Source of the DNA: Prorocentrum cordatum
Lineage: Eukaryota
Reading direction: 5' to 3'
Assembly (NCBI GenBank): GCA_963575745.1
Contig: CAUYUJ010000289.1
Location: 62,001-115,746, forward strand
Length of the DNA stretch: 53,746 nt
Below, one piece after another: positions 1 through 35,470 of this stretch (position 1 is the first letter of the stretch; every line of letters starts with the position of its first letter). The notes beneath the pieces are model-generated. The model made no database searches and was not told the origin of the DNA. It saw only the letters and a list, made by a program, of their open reading frames with translations. The translations under genes were made by a program, and so were the position numbers.

Positions 1-289
1 GGCCACCCGCGGCGTCCCACCCGGAGTCTCCGCGCCGGGGTCGCAGCCGCGCCGGCACGACGCGAGCCCATCGCAGAGGTCGCGTGGGCACGGCGTGCGC
101 ACTCACGGGGGGGGGTGGCGGAGACCCCTCCTCCTCCTCCTCCCCCTCCTCCTCCTCGTCCTCCTCCCCCTTCTCCTCCTCCTCCTCCTCCTCCTACTCC
201 TCCTCCTCCTCCTCGAAGACCTCCTCCTCTTCGAAGTCCTCCCTCCCCTCCTCCTCCTGCCTTCCCGCTCGGGTTGCGGGTTGCGGGGT

Positions 290-25356
<25,067 letters not shown>

Positions 25357-25709
25357 GTAATTTACTGCTGCGGGCGGTGGTGGTGTATAGAAATTGGCCT
25401 CGCATTCCAGGTGGGGTCCGAGGACCGTGGCGCATCGCCGACGCACCGGCGATGCGGCTCGATGTGGAGCCCGATTTCCTCCACGCTGGCGTCGCCGATG
25501 CACCGCCGACGTCGCCGATGCATCGCCGATGCATCGGCGATGCACCGCCGATTCATCGGCGATGCGGCGCGGTCCTCCGACCCCATCTGTTCCGACCCCA
25601 CCTGGGGGCCTCTAGTCATTCGGCACGCCCCGACAGCCCTGGAGAGCCCGCACGGGTCCTTGGACCAGGTGGGCACGTGGCCGTAAGCCCGAGGCACAGC
25701 GGAGGCTGC

Positions 25710-28700
25710 CGGTGTTCACACGTTTTGATCTCTTGGTGGCGGGCATGAAGTGCATCCGTTGGATCCGCCATCAATCTTTGAGATCAAATTCAGTGTGGAT
25801 GAAGACATTCTTAAAATCATGCCCAAAAATCTTGTGACATTTAAGAAGGAAACGAAAAAAATAACGATCGATGCGTGCTTCAGCGCGATGAGCCATCGAT
25901 TGAGAGTCATTTTTTATTCTTTGTCCTGTTTTTCAAGAAAAGATTGCTGGACTATGAGAACAGTTAGTAGAACATAAAAATAAAAAAAAGAACATTCGAT
26001 TGATGATCTACGAACTGATGTTCATCATCAATCAAGTTCGTTTTATTTTTTCTGTTCAAGCTTTTTCCCATTTTGTTTCCTGTGAACTTTCCTTGACAGG
26101 GAAAGAAAGAGAGAGAGAGAGAGAGAGAACGGCCAACGCCTGATGGCGGAAATGAAATCTCTTGGCCGCTCATCTTCTCTCTCCGTCGTTCACAGGAAAA
26201 GAACAAACATCCATGAATGTCGTCCATCTGCTGCAGATGAATCGTGTTTTTTGGTTATATATTATATATATTTTATGATTGTTATTGTTATTGTTATTGT
26301 TATTATTAGTTTATCTTTAAGAACTATTATTATCACTGCCCCAGCAGTTGCAAATGATTGGTCATCTGCAGCTGGAGGAAGTAAGGTTCATGAGAGGATT
26401 TCTTTTCATTCGTTTTCAATGTATGATTCTGTATTAGGTCTTAACTCCTTTACGGTCATCTCTTAAAGAAAAGGGAAGCGTTTGCTGGTGGCAAGGCCTT
26501 GAGGCCCAAGCGAAGCTAACCAACAAACGATTGTTTCCCTTTCAAGAGATGTTCGAGCAAAGGAATAACATTTTTACATAAGTTATGGAAGAATAACCAT
26601 GCCGCCTTTCTTATTCAAAAGACAGTTTGATAGAAGTTAAAAAGAGAAGTACGAGCAAGCTGATGAAGAGCACATTTCCCTTTCATGTTCTTTTTTTTGT
26701 TTTTTTTTCACTTGCTCTCATCTTCTTTTCTTTTACATTTACATATTATTATTGAAAATCAAAGAGATGGAACGATAAACTTACAACACAAAATATAATA
26801 ACCAAGAAAGGACATGCTTATGTTTGATTCAATTTTCCTCTTCTCTCTTTCATCCTTATGATCATTTTGTCTTCTCCAAAGTAAAATGATTGAAAACTTA
26901 TTTCTTTTAGAATGTTACCATTCGAGACGTTTTCGTTCTATTTTTTTTTTGTTTTTCGGTTTATTGTATCATTATGAAAACCGGACAAGGAATTCACACC
27001 ATTTGCTTTTTTGTTTTCATTTAGTGTCCTCCTGTTGTACGAGCTGTTGGCAAGGTTCTTTGGGACCCAGCTTCAGGCTGACCAACAGCTCAAACAAATA
27101 ATTTTGCAAACCCGCACAAATGATGTCACCGAGGGTCTTCTCTCTTATGAGGAGCCTATCTGCGGACAGTCGAAGATGGTTGACTTTGCCATTGCAGGCT
27201 CTTATTAAATAGAGAATGGGACCTTCGGTCGATCCTTTGCATATTGCTGGCGTAGTGTGCTGGCCTTAGGCCTTAAGCACGCCAACGCAAGGGACCATAT
27301 GGTATCTTCATTTACACAAAAGAGGAAATAACTGGTGGAAATGAAAACCAGGACTTTAGGGCCCAAGGCTGATGCCATCTCCTGGCCATTATGAACAAAA
27401 GGAAGAAAGAACACTGATAGATTTCCGGAATAAATCTTTCAAACTCATTTTTATTTTTCTTTCTTTCTGATTTGGCCACGGGCCGTCTTTAGGATTTCAT
27501 TTTTTAATGAAAAATTATCTGCTGACCAGTCTCAAGGAAAGAAAGCGAATAAAGGCCAGCAGATAGTGAAAAGAAGAGCTCCTTACGGATCTCAACTCCT
27601 TTGCAGAATTCGTTCTCCGATGCGGCCAGGGCATCAATCAAGATAATGCATTTCAAGGCGAATGGTGGTCATGCGGTCCAAATTCTCTCTTCTTTGATCG
27701 GGGCTCACGATTTTTTTTTCTTGTTTTTAGAAAGTGAGCCCCCAAAGAAAGAGAGAAAATACATCATGATGAAACATGAAATGGAAGGTCTCCTCCAATC
27801 TCGACTCCACCATTTTTTTTTATTATTTTTTTTTGAACAAGAAAGTTTAACTGGGAACCGAGGGGGATCTTACTTCTTATATTTATGATGTCCTTCCTTT
27901 GGGTCCGTCTTCATTCCTGCTGTTCCTTCTTCTTTTTAAAGAAGAAGGCAGGGCTGAAAGACAAGACCAAATTAATAAAAACAGCATCGTTTTCTTATAC
28001 ATAAAGAAGTTACATGTTTATTGCCTCCTTGCTACTTTCTGGAATGAATTCTCACTTTTCTTTATTGTATGTCGTAAGAACTCTTCAAGCGATTGAAGAG
28101 GGATTTCTATCTTTATTAGAAGTTATTTCTTTCTTGCATCGATGAGACACTAGTTCAATCGCTAGTAAAAAAGGAGTGTTAATAATCATGTGGGCTGCAA
28201 ACTTACCTTCTCGTTTCCTTTCATTGATTGGTAGCTTCGGTCCTTCATGACCCATCTTCATATGACCATCATTGAACAAAAAGGAAACTACGATCGTGGG
28301 GAAGATTGGGCTCCCCACCGGATTATTAATCAAGAGGCCTCCGGTGGCGTTAACTTCTCATCTTTCCGAATAAAGGAAATGATTGCAAACGAGACTGCTG
28401 CAGCATATTGCGATCTTTTCTTCGGGTCCTTTTTTTTGCCAAAGAAAATTGTAATGCCAGCGGCCATCGGTCGCTAGTTTCTTTTTCCTACTATTTCATC
28501 TGGTGGCTTACATCGACACGATTGGTACGAGGCCGAGTCAGCAGAAGAGAAGATGAATATGTGCCACCAATCAATTGTTGTGGGCAGACATAGCTTCGTG
28601 GATGACCGCAATACAGAACAATACTTGTATTAAGCGGTCATCAGTAACGAAGCTGTTTTCCTTCGTCTTTCTATTCGGGGGCCGTGAATGGTTGACCGCC

Positions 28701-28778
28701 GAGAACAAAGACGAGTATGGGCACGGAATTAGGACTAACCGCTGAACTATGTTTCTTTTGTTATTGTTGGCGGTTAAC
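25710..28778 (+). other. AT-rich hairpin-array island, segment 1 (candidate mitochondrial-DNA insertion or structured ncRNA locus)
   Basis: Abrupt drop in GC; no credible ORF; consecutive imperfect inverted repeats with loops cgtgc-TTCA-gcgcg (25879), gaac-TGAT-gttc (26016), cgcc-TGAT-ggcg (26141), ggcc-TTGA-ggcc (26499), gacc-TTCG-gtc (~27223), ggc-TGAT-gcc (~27370). Confidence 0.75.
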
Positions 28779-30387
28779 TTTTTCCCAACCCTCCTGCGTT
28801 GGGTTCTCGTTTTGAATAGAGCACTGCTCGCGCCTTCCTTCCCGCCCCCCCCCCGTCCCTCTCTTCCCCCCTGCCTTCGCTCGTCGCCGCGTGCCGCCTG
28901 GGGGGCTGCGATCTGTGAAACTGACGCCACTTTCGAGGCCTGCTGGGGGGCCCAGCACAGTGGGTACACACGGCGGACTCAAATGAGACCTCGCCATCCC
29001 TGGGGGGCTGCGATCTGTGAAACTGTCGCCACTTTCGAGGCCTGCTGGGGGGCCCAGCACAGTGGCACACGGCGGACTCAAATTAGACCTCGCCATCCCT
29101 GGGGGGCTGCGATCTGTGAAACTGTCGCCACTTTCGAGGCCTGCTGGGGGGCCCAGCACAGTGGGTACCCACGGCGGACTCAAATGGGACCTCGCCATCC
29201 CTGGGGGGCTGCGATCTGTGAAACTGTCGCCACTTTCGAGGCCTGCTGGGGGGCCCAGCACAGTGGGTACCCACGGCGGACTCAAATTAGACCTCGCCAT
29301 CCCTGGGGGGCTGCGATCTGTGAAACTGTCGCCACTTTCGAGGCCTGCTGGGGGGGCTAACACAGTGGGTACACACGGCGGGCCCGAATGGGACCTCGCC
29401 ATCCTTGGGGGGCTGCGATCTGTGAAACTGTCGCCACTTTCGAGGCTTGCTGGGAGGCCCAGCGCAATGGGTACCCACGGCGGATTCAAATGGGGCCTCG
29501 CCATCTCTGGGGGGCTGCGATCTGTGAAACTATCGCCACTTTCGAGGCCTGCTGGGGGGCCCAGCACAGTGGGTACACACGGCGGACTCAAATGAGACCT
29601 CGCCATCCCTGGGGGGCTGCGATCTGTGAAACTGTCGCCATTTTCGAGGCCTGCTGGGGGACCCAACACAGTGGGTACTCACCGCAGATTCAAATTAGAC
29701 CTCGCCATCCCTGGGGGGCTGCGATCTGTGAAACTGTCGCCATTTTCGGGGCTTGCTGAGGGGCCCAACGCGGTGGGTACCCACCGCAGGCTCAAATTAG
29801 ACATCGCCATCCCTGGGGGGCTGCGATCTGTGAAACTGTCGCCGCTTTCGAGGCCTGCTGGGGGGCCCAGCGCAGTGGATACCCACCGCACACTCAAATT
29901 AGACCTCGCCACCCCTGGGGGGCTGCGATCTGTGAAACTGTCGCCGCTTTCGAGGGTTGCTGAGGGGCACAGCACAGTGGGTATTCACCGCGGATCCAAA
30001 CGGGACCTCGCCGTCCTTGGGGGGCTGCGATCTGCGAAACTGTCGCCACTTTCGAGGGTTGCTGAGGGGCGCAGCACAGTGGGTACCCACCGCAGACTCA
30101 AACTAGACGCCGCTTTCGTCCTTGTTCTCCTCCTGCAGTCACCTTCCCTCTGCTGCAGCCGTGCTGATGGTTCGGCATCCCGCACGTTTTTCTCTTGGTC
30201 TGTGTTCCCGATTCCCCATGTCTTCTTCGAGCCTGTAGCTGTCGCCCCTCGTTCTTGTATGGTTCTCCTGCGCATCATGCCATAGGCGCGTGTCCCAAGT
30301 AGCTTACACATCAAGTTGATTGTCCATGCAAGGTTCGGCTAACTCCTCGTTTCCATTGGCACAAATGGGTTAGGTACAGGGTAATTT
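28779..30387 (+). mobile_element. Non-autonomous Helentron/DINE-like element with central 102-bp tandem array and captured unique fragment
   Basis: Starts TTTTT-CCCAACCCTCCTGCGTTGGG-TTCTCGTTTTGAATAGAG (5' stem-loop), then a pyrimidine tract, the tandem array and unique 30107-30360; ends GGGTTAGGTACAGGGTAA-TTT. Termini are shared with 32767-37114. Confidence 0.55.
28895..30105. repeat. Tandem satellite, ~102-bp unit, ~12 copies (variant A)
   Basis: Repeating cctcgccatccctggggggctgcgatctgtgaaactgtcgccactttcgaggcctgctggggggcccagcacagtgggtacccacggcggactcaaat. Confidence 0.95.
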
Positions 30388-30924
30388 CCTTCCCCGCGCG
30401 CGTTTCATTCTCTTGCGTTAACAAGAAAGAGGTGGAAAGAAAACAAGACAATGTTGGAACACGCTTGGGGCAGAAGTGTGGGCGTATGTTGTGCACATGA
30501 AAGAAGAGCTCCGCATGAGCTTCAAGCTCGAGCTTTTCTGGCGCTGCAAGTAAGATGCCCACGGGAAGGCATCGTATTATTGTCTCTTCTTGAGGAAAGT
30601 CCATTCTCTTTCATAGTAGTTTTTTTTTGTTTGTGTAAATGACAGTTTACTATAAAGAAAGGCGGTGGTAACATTTTCTAGAAGAGGCAGAACATGACAT
30701 GCATTTCCAAGGTTCATTTTGATGGATCAAACATAAAAGGAATTCGTGGCTCCTCAGCATGTTTTTTTTGTTTCTCCTGCAGCGGGGCTAATTCCTGTTT
30801 ATGTTTTGACCTTGAAGGAACCGTTTTCTTCTTATGACCTTCGTTTCGGTCTCTTTTCTTGAGAGAACGCGGCAGAGCAGAGAAAATAGGGGGCGACGGG
30901 CCCGTGAGAAGAACGCAAAGCCAT

Positions 30925-31018
<94 letters not shown>

Positions 31019-32056
31019 CAAGGGCTTCCATTTTTGCTAGATGGAAGCAAGCTTAAACTAAAACAAAAGTGGGAGTTCGTAAAGATGTACAATAAAGAAT
31101 AATAGTGATGACACGTTAATCTTAAACAAGCACTTGTTTCCATGATTTTTTTCAGTAGAATGGATCTTCGGTTCATTATATATATAGATATCTTTTAACA
31201 CATCCCCAAACCCATAACCTAAGATAGTACATGTTATTGATGGGCGATCGAAGAGACAGTAATAAACGATCGTCCACCACCTTTTTTTGTATGTTATTCT
31301 AGTTTGTAAAAATGAAAAAAAGGAAATTGCTGGAACAGGAAGAATCAAGCCTCGCGACCCACTGATTGATGGCCAGCCGTGGGCTTCAACCTGCGGTTGA
31401 CCATCAATCAGTCGTGAGGCTATTTTCTTTACAACGAATGAAAACGCGTTTTTAATCTTCACAGGGGGCCATCCGTCTCTTAGTCTTTCTCAGGGGAACA
31501 TTGAGACGGAAGTGGTGCATTCTAGAAGTTGTGAACTAAGTGTGTTTTTTATACAAACATTTTCTTTTCCAATTATTGAGCTTATATATTGAGCAGCAAT
31601 TGCAAATTTAGAAATGCAAGGAAAGAGCTGTTTAGCATGCCTAATTGATGTAGAAATTGTTCATTTTAAGTTTATTTGTCAGCACTATCAATCTTAATTA
31701 AGTAGAAATGAATTTCATGAACGGGTTAATTTCCGATATTTCTGTCTCCAATCTAAAAATGGAACTCCTGGGGCACGCGCGTGAAAGAAGGGGGAAACAA
31801 GGTGCGCCCAAAGGGTGAAGAGAAACGGCTGATGCCGGGAGAAGGAAAGGAAACCAATTTCAAACTCATCTTCGAGCACCTTATTGCGGTCAAGGGCGTG
31901 AGGCCCCAACATCAGTTGCTGACCGCAAGTGCTCGTAAAGCATGGGTTTGTTGATTTCGTTTTCTACCAGCCGCCACTAATGACCAAAACATAACAAACG
32001 TTTGTTGATGGCGAGCTGATGCTCAATCTTTCAGGACCATGCCATCAATTGATAAC

Positions 32057-32115
<59 letters not shown>

Positions 32116-32766
32116 CTTCCGCAGGCGGTTGATGCTCCATCGTGAGAGAGCTTACTTGTCAGCCTTAAGCTGGCGCTCTCTCATCATCGATGGAAGTTTC
32201 CTTTCATGAGGGCGTTCGCTTCGATCTCTTCTGTGGCATTCAAGAAAGAGAAAGAATACGCGCCGCAGTTCAGAGGCGAAGCGCGCCTTCATAATGAAAG
32301 GGACGAAATCAACCCTTCTCCCGATCACGAAAGACATATAGAACGAGCCGTATTAACTGCCTCAGCCGTTGCTCGTTCTTTTCTTTCACTTGGTCGGGAA
32401 AGGGGGGATTGATTTGATGGCGCGCCAGTCTCTGTCCTTATGGCCAATAATAATTTCTTCCACTTTTTAACTATATGGTCATGCGAATGAAAAGGGCGAG
32501 TGACGTGCCATCCTATGTTATTTCTCTTCTTTGGTCCGGTCTTTGGGCAGGCTTCATCTTTTCTTCAATGTTGGTCATCTTAAGATGAGCGCGTTGAAAT
32601 AAGGAACGAGAATGAAGACCTGCCCTGCATACGGACCAGGGGAAGGACAATAACAACAAACTCGTCCTCGGCTCTCATCTCACTTTCTCTTTTATTAATA
32701 ATTGGTTAAATCTGGAGCTGGTGTTCAACAGCTTATTACAGAGAAAATAGAGCCGAAGGGCAATGA
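30385..32766 (+). other. AT-rich hairpin-array island, segment 2
   Basis: Same architecture: stems at ~31348-31421 (aagcctcgcgac..ctgattgatgg/ccatcaatcag..gtcgtgaggct), gagc-TGAT-gctc (~32017), ~32201-32300, ~32307-32416, tcatc-TTAA-gatga (~32580). Confidence 0.75.
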
Positions 32767-32859
32767 TTTTTCCCAACCCTCCTTGGTTGGGGATTCGTTT
32801 TGAATAGAGGGGTGTGGTCGCGTCCTCCTTCTCCCGCCTCCCGCCTCCGTCTTGTCTCC

Positions 32860-33921
32860 TCTCGCCATCCCTGGGGGGCTGCGATTTGTGAAACTGTCGC
32901 CACTTTCGAGGGCTGCTGGGGAGGCCAGCAGAGAGGGTACTCACCGCGGATCCAAACGGGACCTCGCCGCCCCTGGGGGGTTGCGATCTGCGAAACTGTC
33001 GCCACTTTCGAGGGCTGCTGGGGAGGCCAGCAGAGAGGGTACTCACCGCGGATCCAAACGGGACCTCGCCGTCCCTGGGGGGCTGCGATCTGTGACGCTG
33101 TCGCCACTTTCGAGGGCTGCTGGGGAGGCCAGCAGAGATGGTACCACCGCGGATCCAAACGGGACCTCGCCGTCCCTGGGGGGCTGCGATCTGTGAAACT
33201 GTCGCCACTTTCGAGGGCTGCTGGGGAGGCCAGCAGAGAGGGTACTCACCGCGGATCCAAACGGGACCTCGCCGTCCCTGGGGGGCTGCGATCTGTGAAA
33301 CTGTCGCCACTTTCGAGGGCTGCTGGGGGGCCAGCAGAGAGGGCACTCACCGCGGATCCAAACGGGACCTCGCCGTCCTTGGGGGGCTGCGATCTGCGAA
33401 ACTGTCGCCACTTTCGAGGGCTGCTGGGGGGCCAGCAGAGGGGTGTCGCCGTCCCTGGGGGCTGCGATCTGTGGGAAGGCTCACTTCGCCACTTTCGAGG
33501 GCTGCTGGGGAGGCCAGCAGAGAGGGCACTCACCGCGGATCCAAACGGGACCTCGCCGTCCCTGGGGGGCTGCGATCTGTGAAACTGTCGCCACTTTCGA
33601 GGGCTGCTGGGGAGGCAAGCAGAGAGGGTACTCACCGCGGATCCAAACGGGACCTCGCCGTCCCTGGGGGGCTGCGATTTGCGAAACTGTCGCCACTTTC
33701 GAGGGCTGCTGGGGAGGCCAGCAGAGAGGGTACTCACCGCGGATCCAAACAGGACCTGGCCATCCTTGGGGGGCTGCGATATGCGAAACCGTCGCCACTT
33801 TCGAGGGCTGCTGGGGAGGCCAGCAGAGAGGGCACTCACCGCGGATCCAAACGGGACCTCGCCGTCCCTGGGGGGCTGCGATTTGCGAAACTGTCGCCAC
33901 TTTCGAGGGCTGCTGGTGGGT
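32860..33921. repeat. Tandem satellite, ~102-bp unit, ~10 copies (variant B)
   Basis: Same core (gggctgcgatctgtgaaactgtcgccactttcgagg) with variable part gaggccagcagagagggtactcaccgcggatccaaacggg; units start near 32863, 32965 and 33067. Confidence 0.95.
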
Positions 33922-33935
33922 CCTGCGGAGTGAGG

Positions 33936-35470
33936 TTTTTTTCACTGTGTGCGAACGCCAAGCAAAACTCTGCAAGCAGGTTCAAACTTCGCGGCATGAA
34001 AAATGAGGCTAACTGCATAAGTCTGCCTAGCCAGCGTGCGCCTGCAGGGCCGATACGATCGGCAGGAGCCTTGTAGCCTCTACCGGGACCAACCGCGACG
34101 CTGCACTCAAAACGGGTGCCACTAGCCACGGCTCTTCCCGCAGCTGTCTAATTACCTCACCTCCGTCGGAAAAGCGGCTGAGCAACCTGAGGTCAGAGAC
34201 CGAGAGCGCCTTCGCACCCTCGTCAAAACTCGAGCCGGAAAAATGCTGCCCAGAAAAAGCCGAAACTTCCACCTCACCCGAAAGAGCGCTCATAGCCATC
34301 TGATCGGAGGGCGCCTCAACCGAAGGAGGCAGCCCCAAACCAGCGTCAACGGACACTCCTGGGCAAGCCTCGGAAAGAGGCTCAGCCAAAATGGCCGCTG
34401 AAAGGCGAACCTCATCAGACGGAGGCTCAGCCAAAAAGGAATCCACAAGAGTAGGGCGAGCCTCAACAGTTGGAGGCTCAGCCAAACCAGCACTTGAGGA
34501 GACCACTGAGGGAGATATTGCAGAAGCGGCTTCAACGACAGACGAGCGAGCCTCATCAGAGGGAGGCTCAGCCAAGAATGCTTTTGAAACCACATCTTCA
34601 TGCACAGCAGCGGCTTCAGCGACAGACGAGCGAGCCTCATCAGAGGGAGGCTCAGCCAAGAATGCGTTTGAACCCACATCATATTTCTCCCTCTTCTTGT
34701 GTTTTCTTTTACGGCGCACGCGCTCGCCGATAAAGAAATTCAAGGCCTTGGCGTCCTCCTCGGCGGGATGCGGGGAATGCGGACTGGTGGAGGCGGCGGC
34801 GGCAGCACCTGCACCACAGAGCTGGTCGGTGCAGCACTTGCTGGCGGGGGTGCTGGCGGCCACTCCTTCAAGCCCGCCTTGGCCTCCTCCGAGCGGACAT
34901 CCTTGTTCTTCTTCTTGTGCTTGCGCTTCCGAGGGCGCTTGGCCTCTGCCACCGCTGGAGCCGGAGGCGGCGTCGGGATCTTCAGGCAAGCCCTCGGAGC
35001 GTCCTGAGACTCCGGAGGAAGCGAGAATACCTCCTTCGCTACCGGCGGTGTCGGGGACCTCGTACTGGCACCGTCGCACTTCTCCTTCAAAGCCGGGGCC
35101 ACAGGCGGAGCCGACGCCTCCTTCTGGTTGACCTGCAAACGGTCCCATCTCCTCAGGCGTTTTATTGGCTGCACCTCCTCCTCCTCCGGCTTCAGCGGCA
35201 GGGAATCCTGCCCCGGAATCTGCATGCCCTTGCTGAACTCCATGTCCACCACATCGACCAGGCTCCAAATCCCTGGCGGCGGTAACGGGGGGGGCAGCCG
35301 TAGACAGAGCCTCCTGCGAAAACGACGATCTCGAGCTCATCGTTGGAAACTCCGAAGCACTGAGTGAAAGCACTAATACGGTCTCCTAGTGAGGTGCCCA
35401 GCAAATCAACCGGCACAAAAAAGCGCATGGACGGGGCCTTGAGCCGGGGTGGCTTGAGCCAGGCTACGGA
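33936..35470 (-). pseudogene. Processed retrocopy of a spliced-leader trans-spliced mRNA (intronless, frameshifted; product with RKRKHKK basic motifs and LAEPP repeats)
   Basis: Minus strand begins TCCGTAGCCTGGCTCAAG CCACCCCGGCTCAAG GCCCCGTCC ATG (ATG at 35428), ends in A7 (T run 33936-33942), and is flanked by direct repeat CCTGCGGAGTGAGG at 33922-33935 and 35471-35484. The coding sequence appears to pass through three frames and stops at 34027. Confidence 0.85.
35438..35470 (-). other. Dinoflagellate spliced leader (DinoSL) remnant plus tandem relict SL
   Basis: 35470-35453 TCCGTAGCC----TGGCTCAAG versus canonical DCCGTAGCCATTTTGGCTCAAG (ATTT deleted); 35452-35438 CCACCCCGGCTCAAG versus canonical 15-nt relict CCATTTTGGCTCAAG. 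Confidence 0.85.

Noticed and set aside
26143..26466. Hydrophobic ORF (and ORF 31058-31462) as cox1/cox3/cob fragments
   Set aside because: No recognisable conserved motif; the hydrophobicity comes from a (TTGTTA)n repeat and AT richness. A tBLASTn search would settle it.
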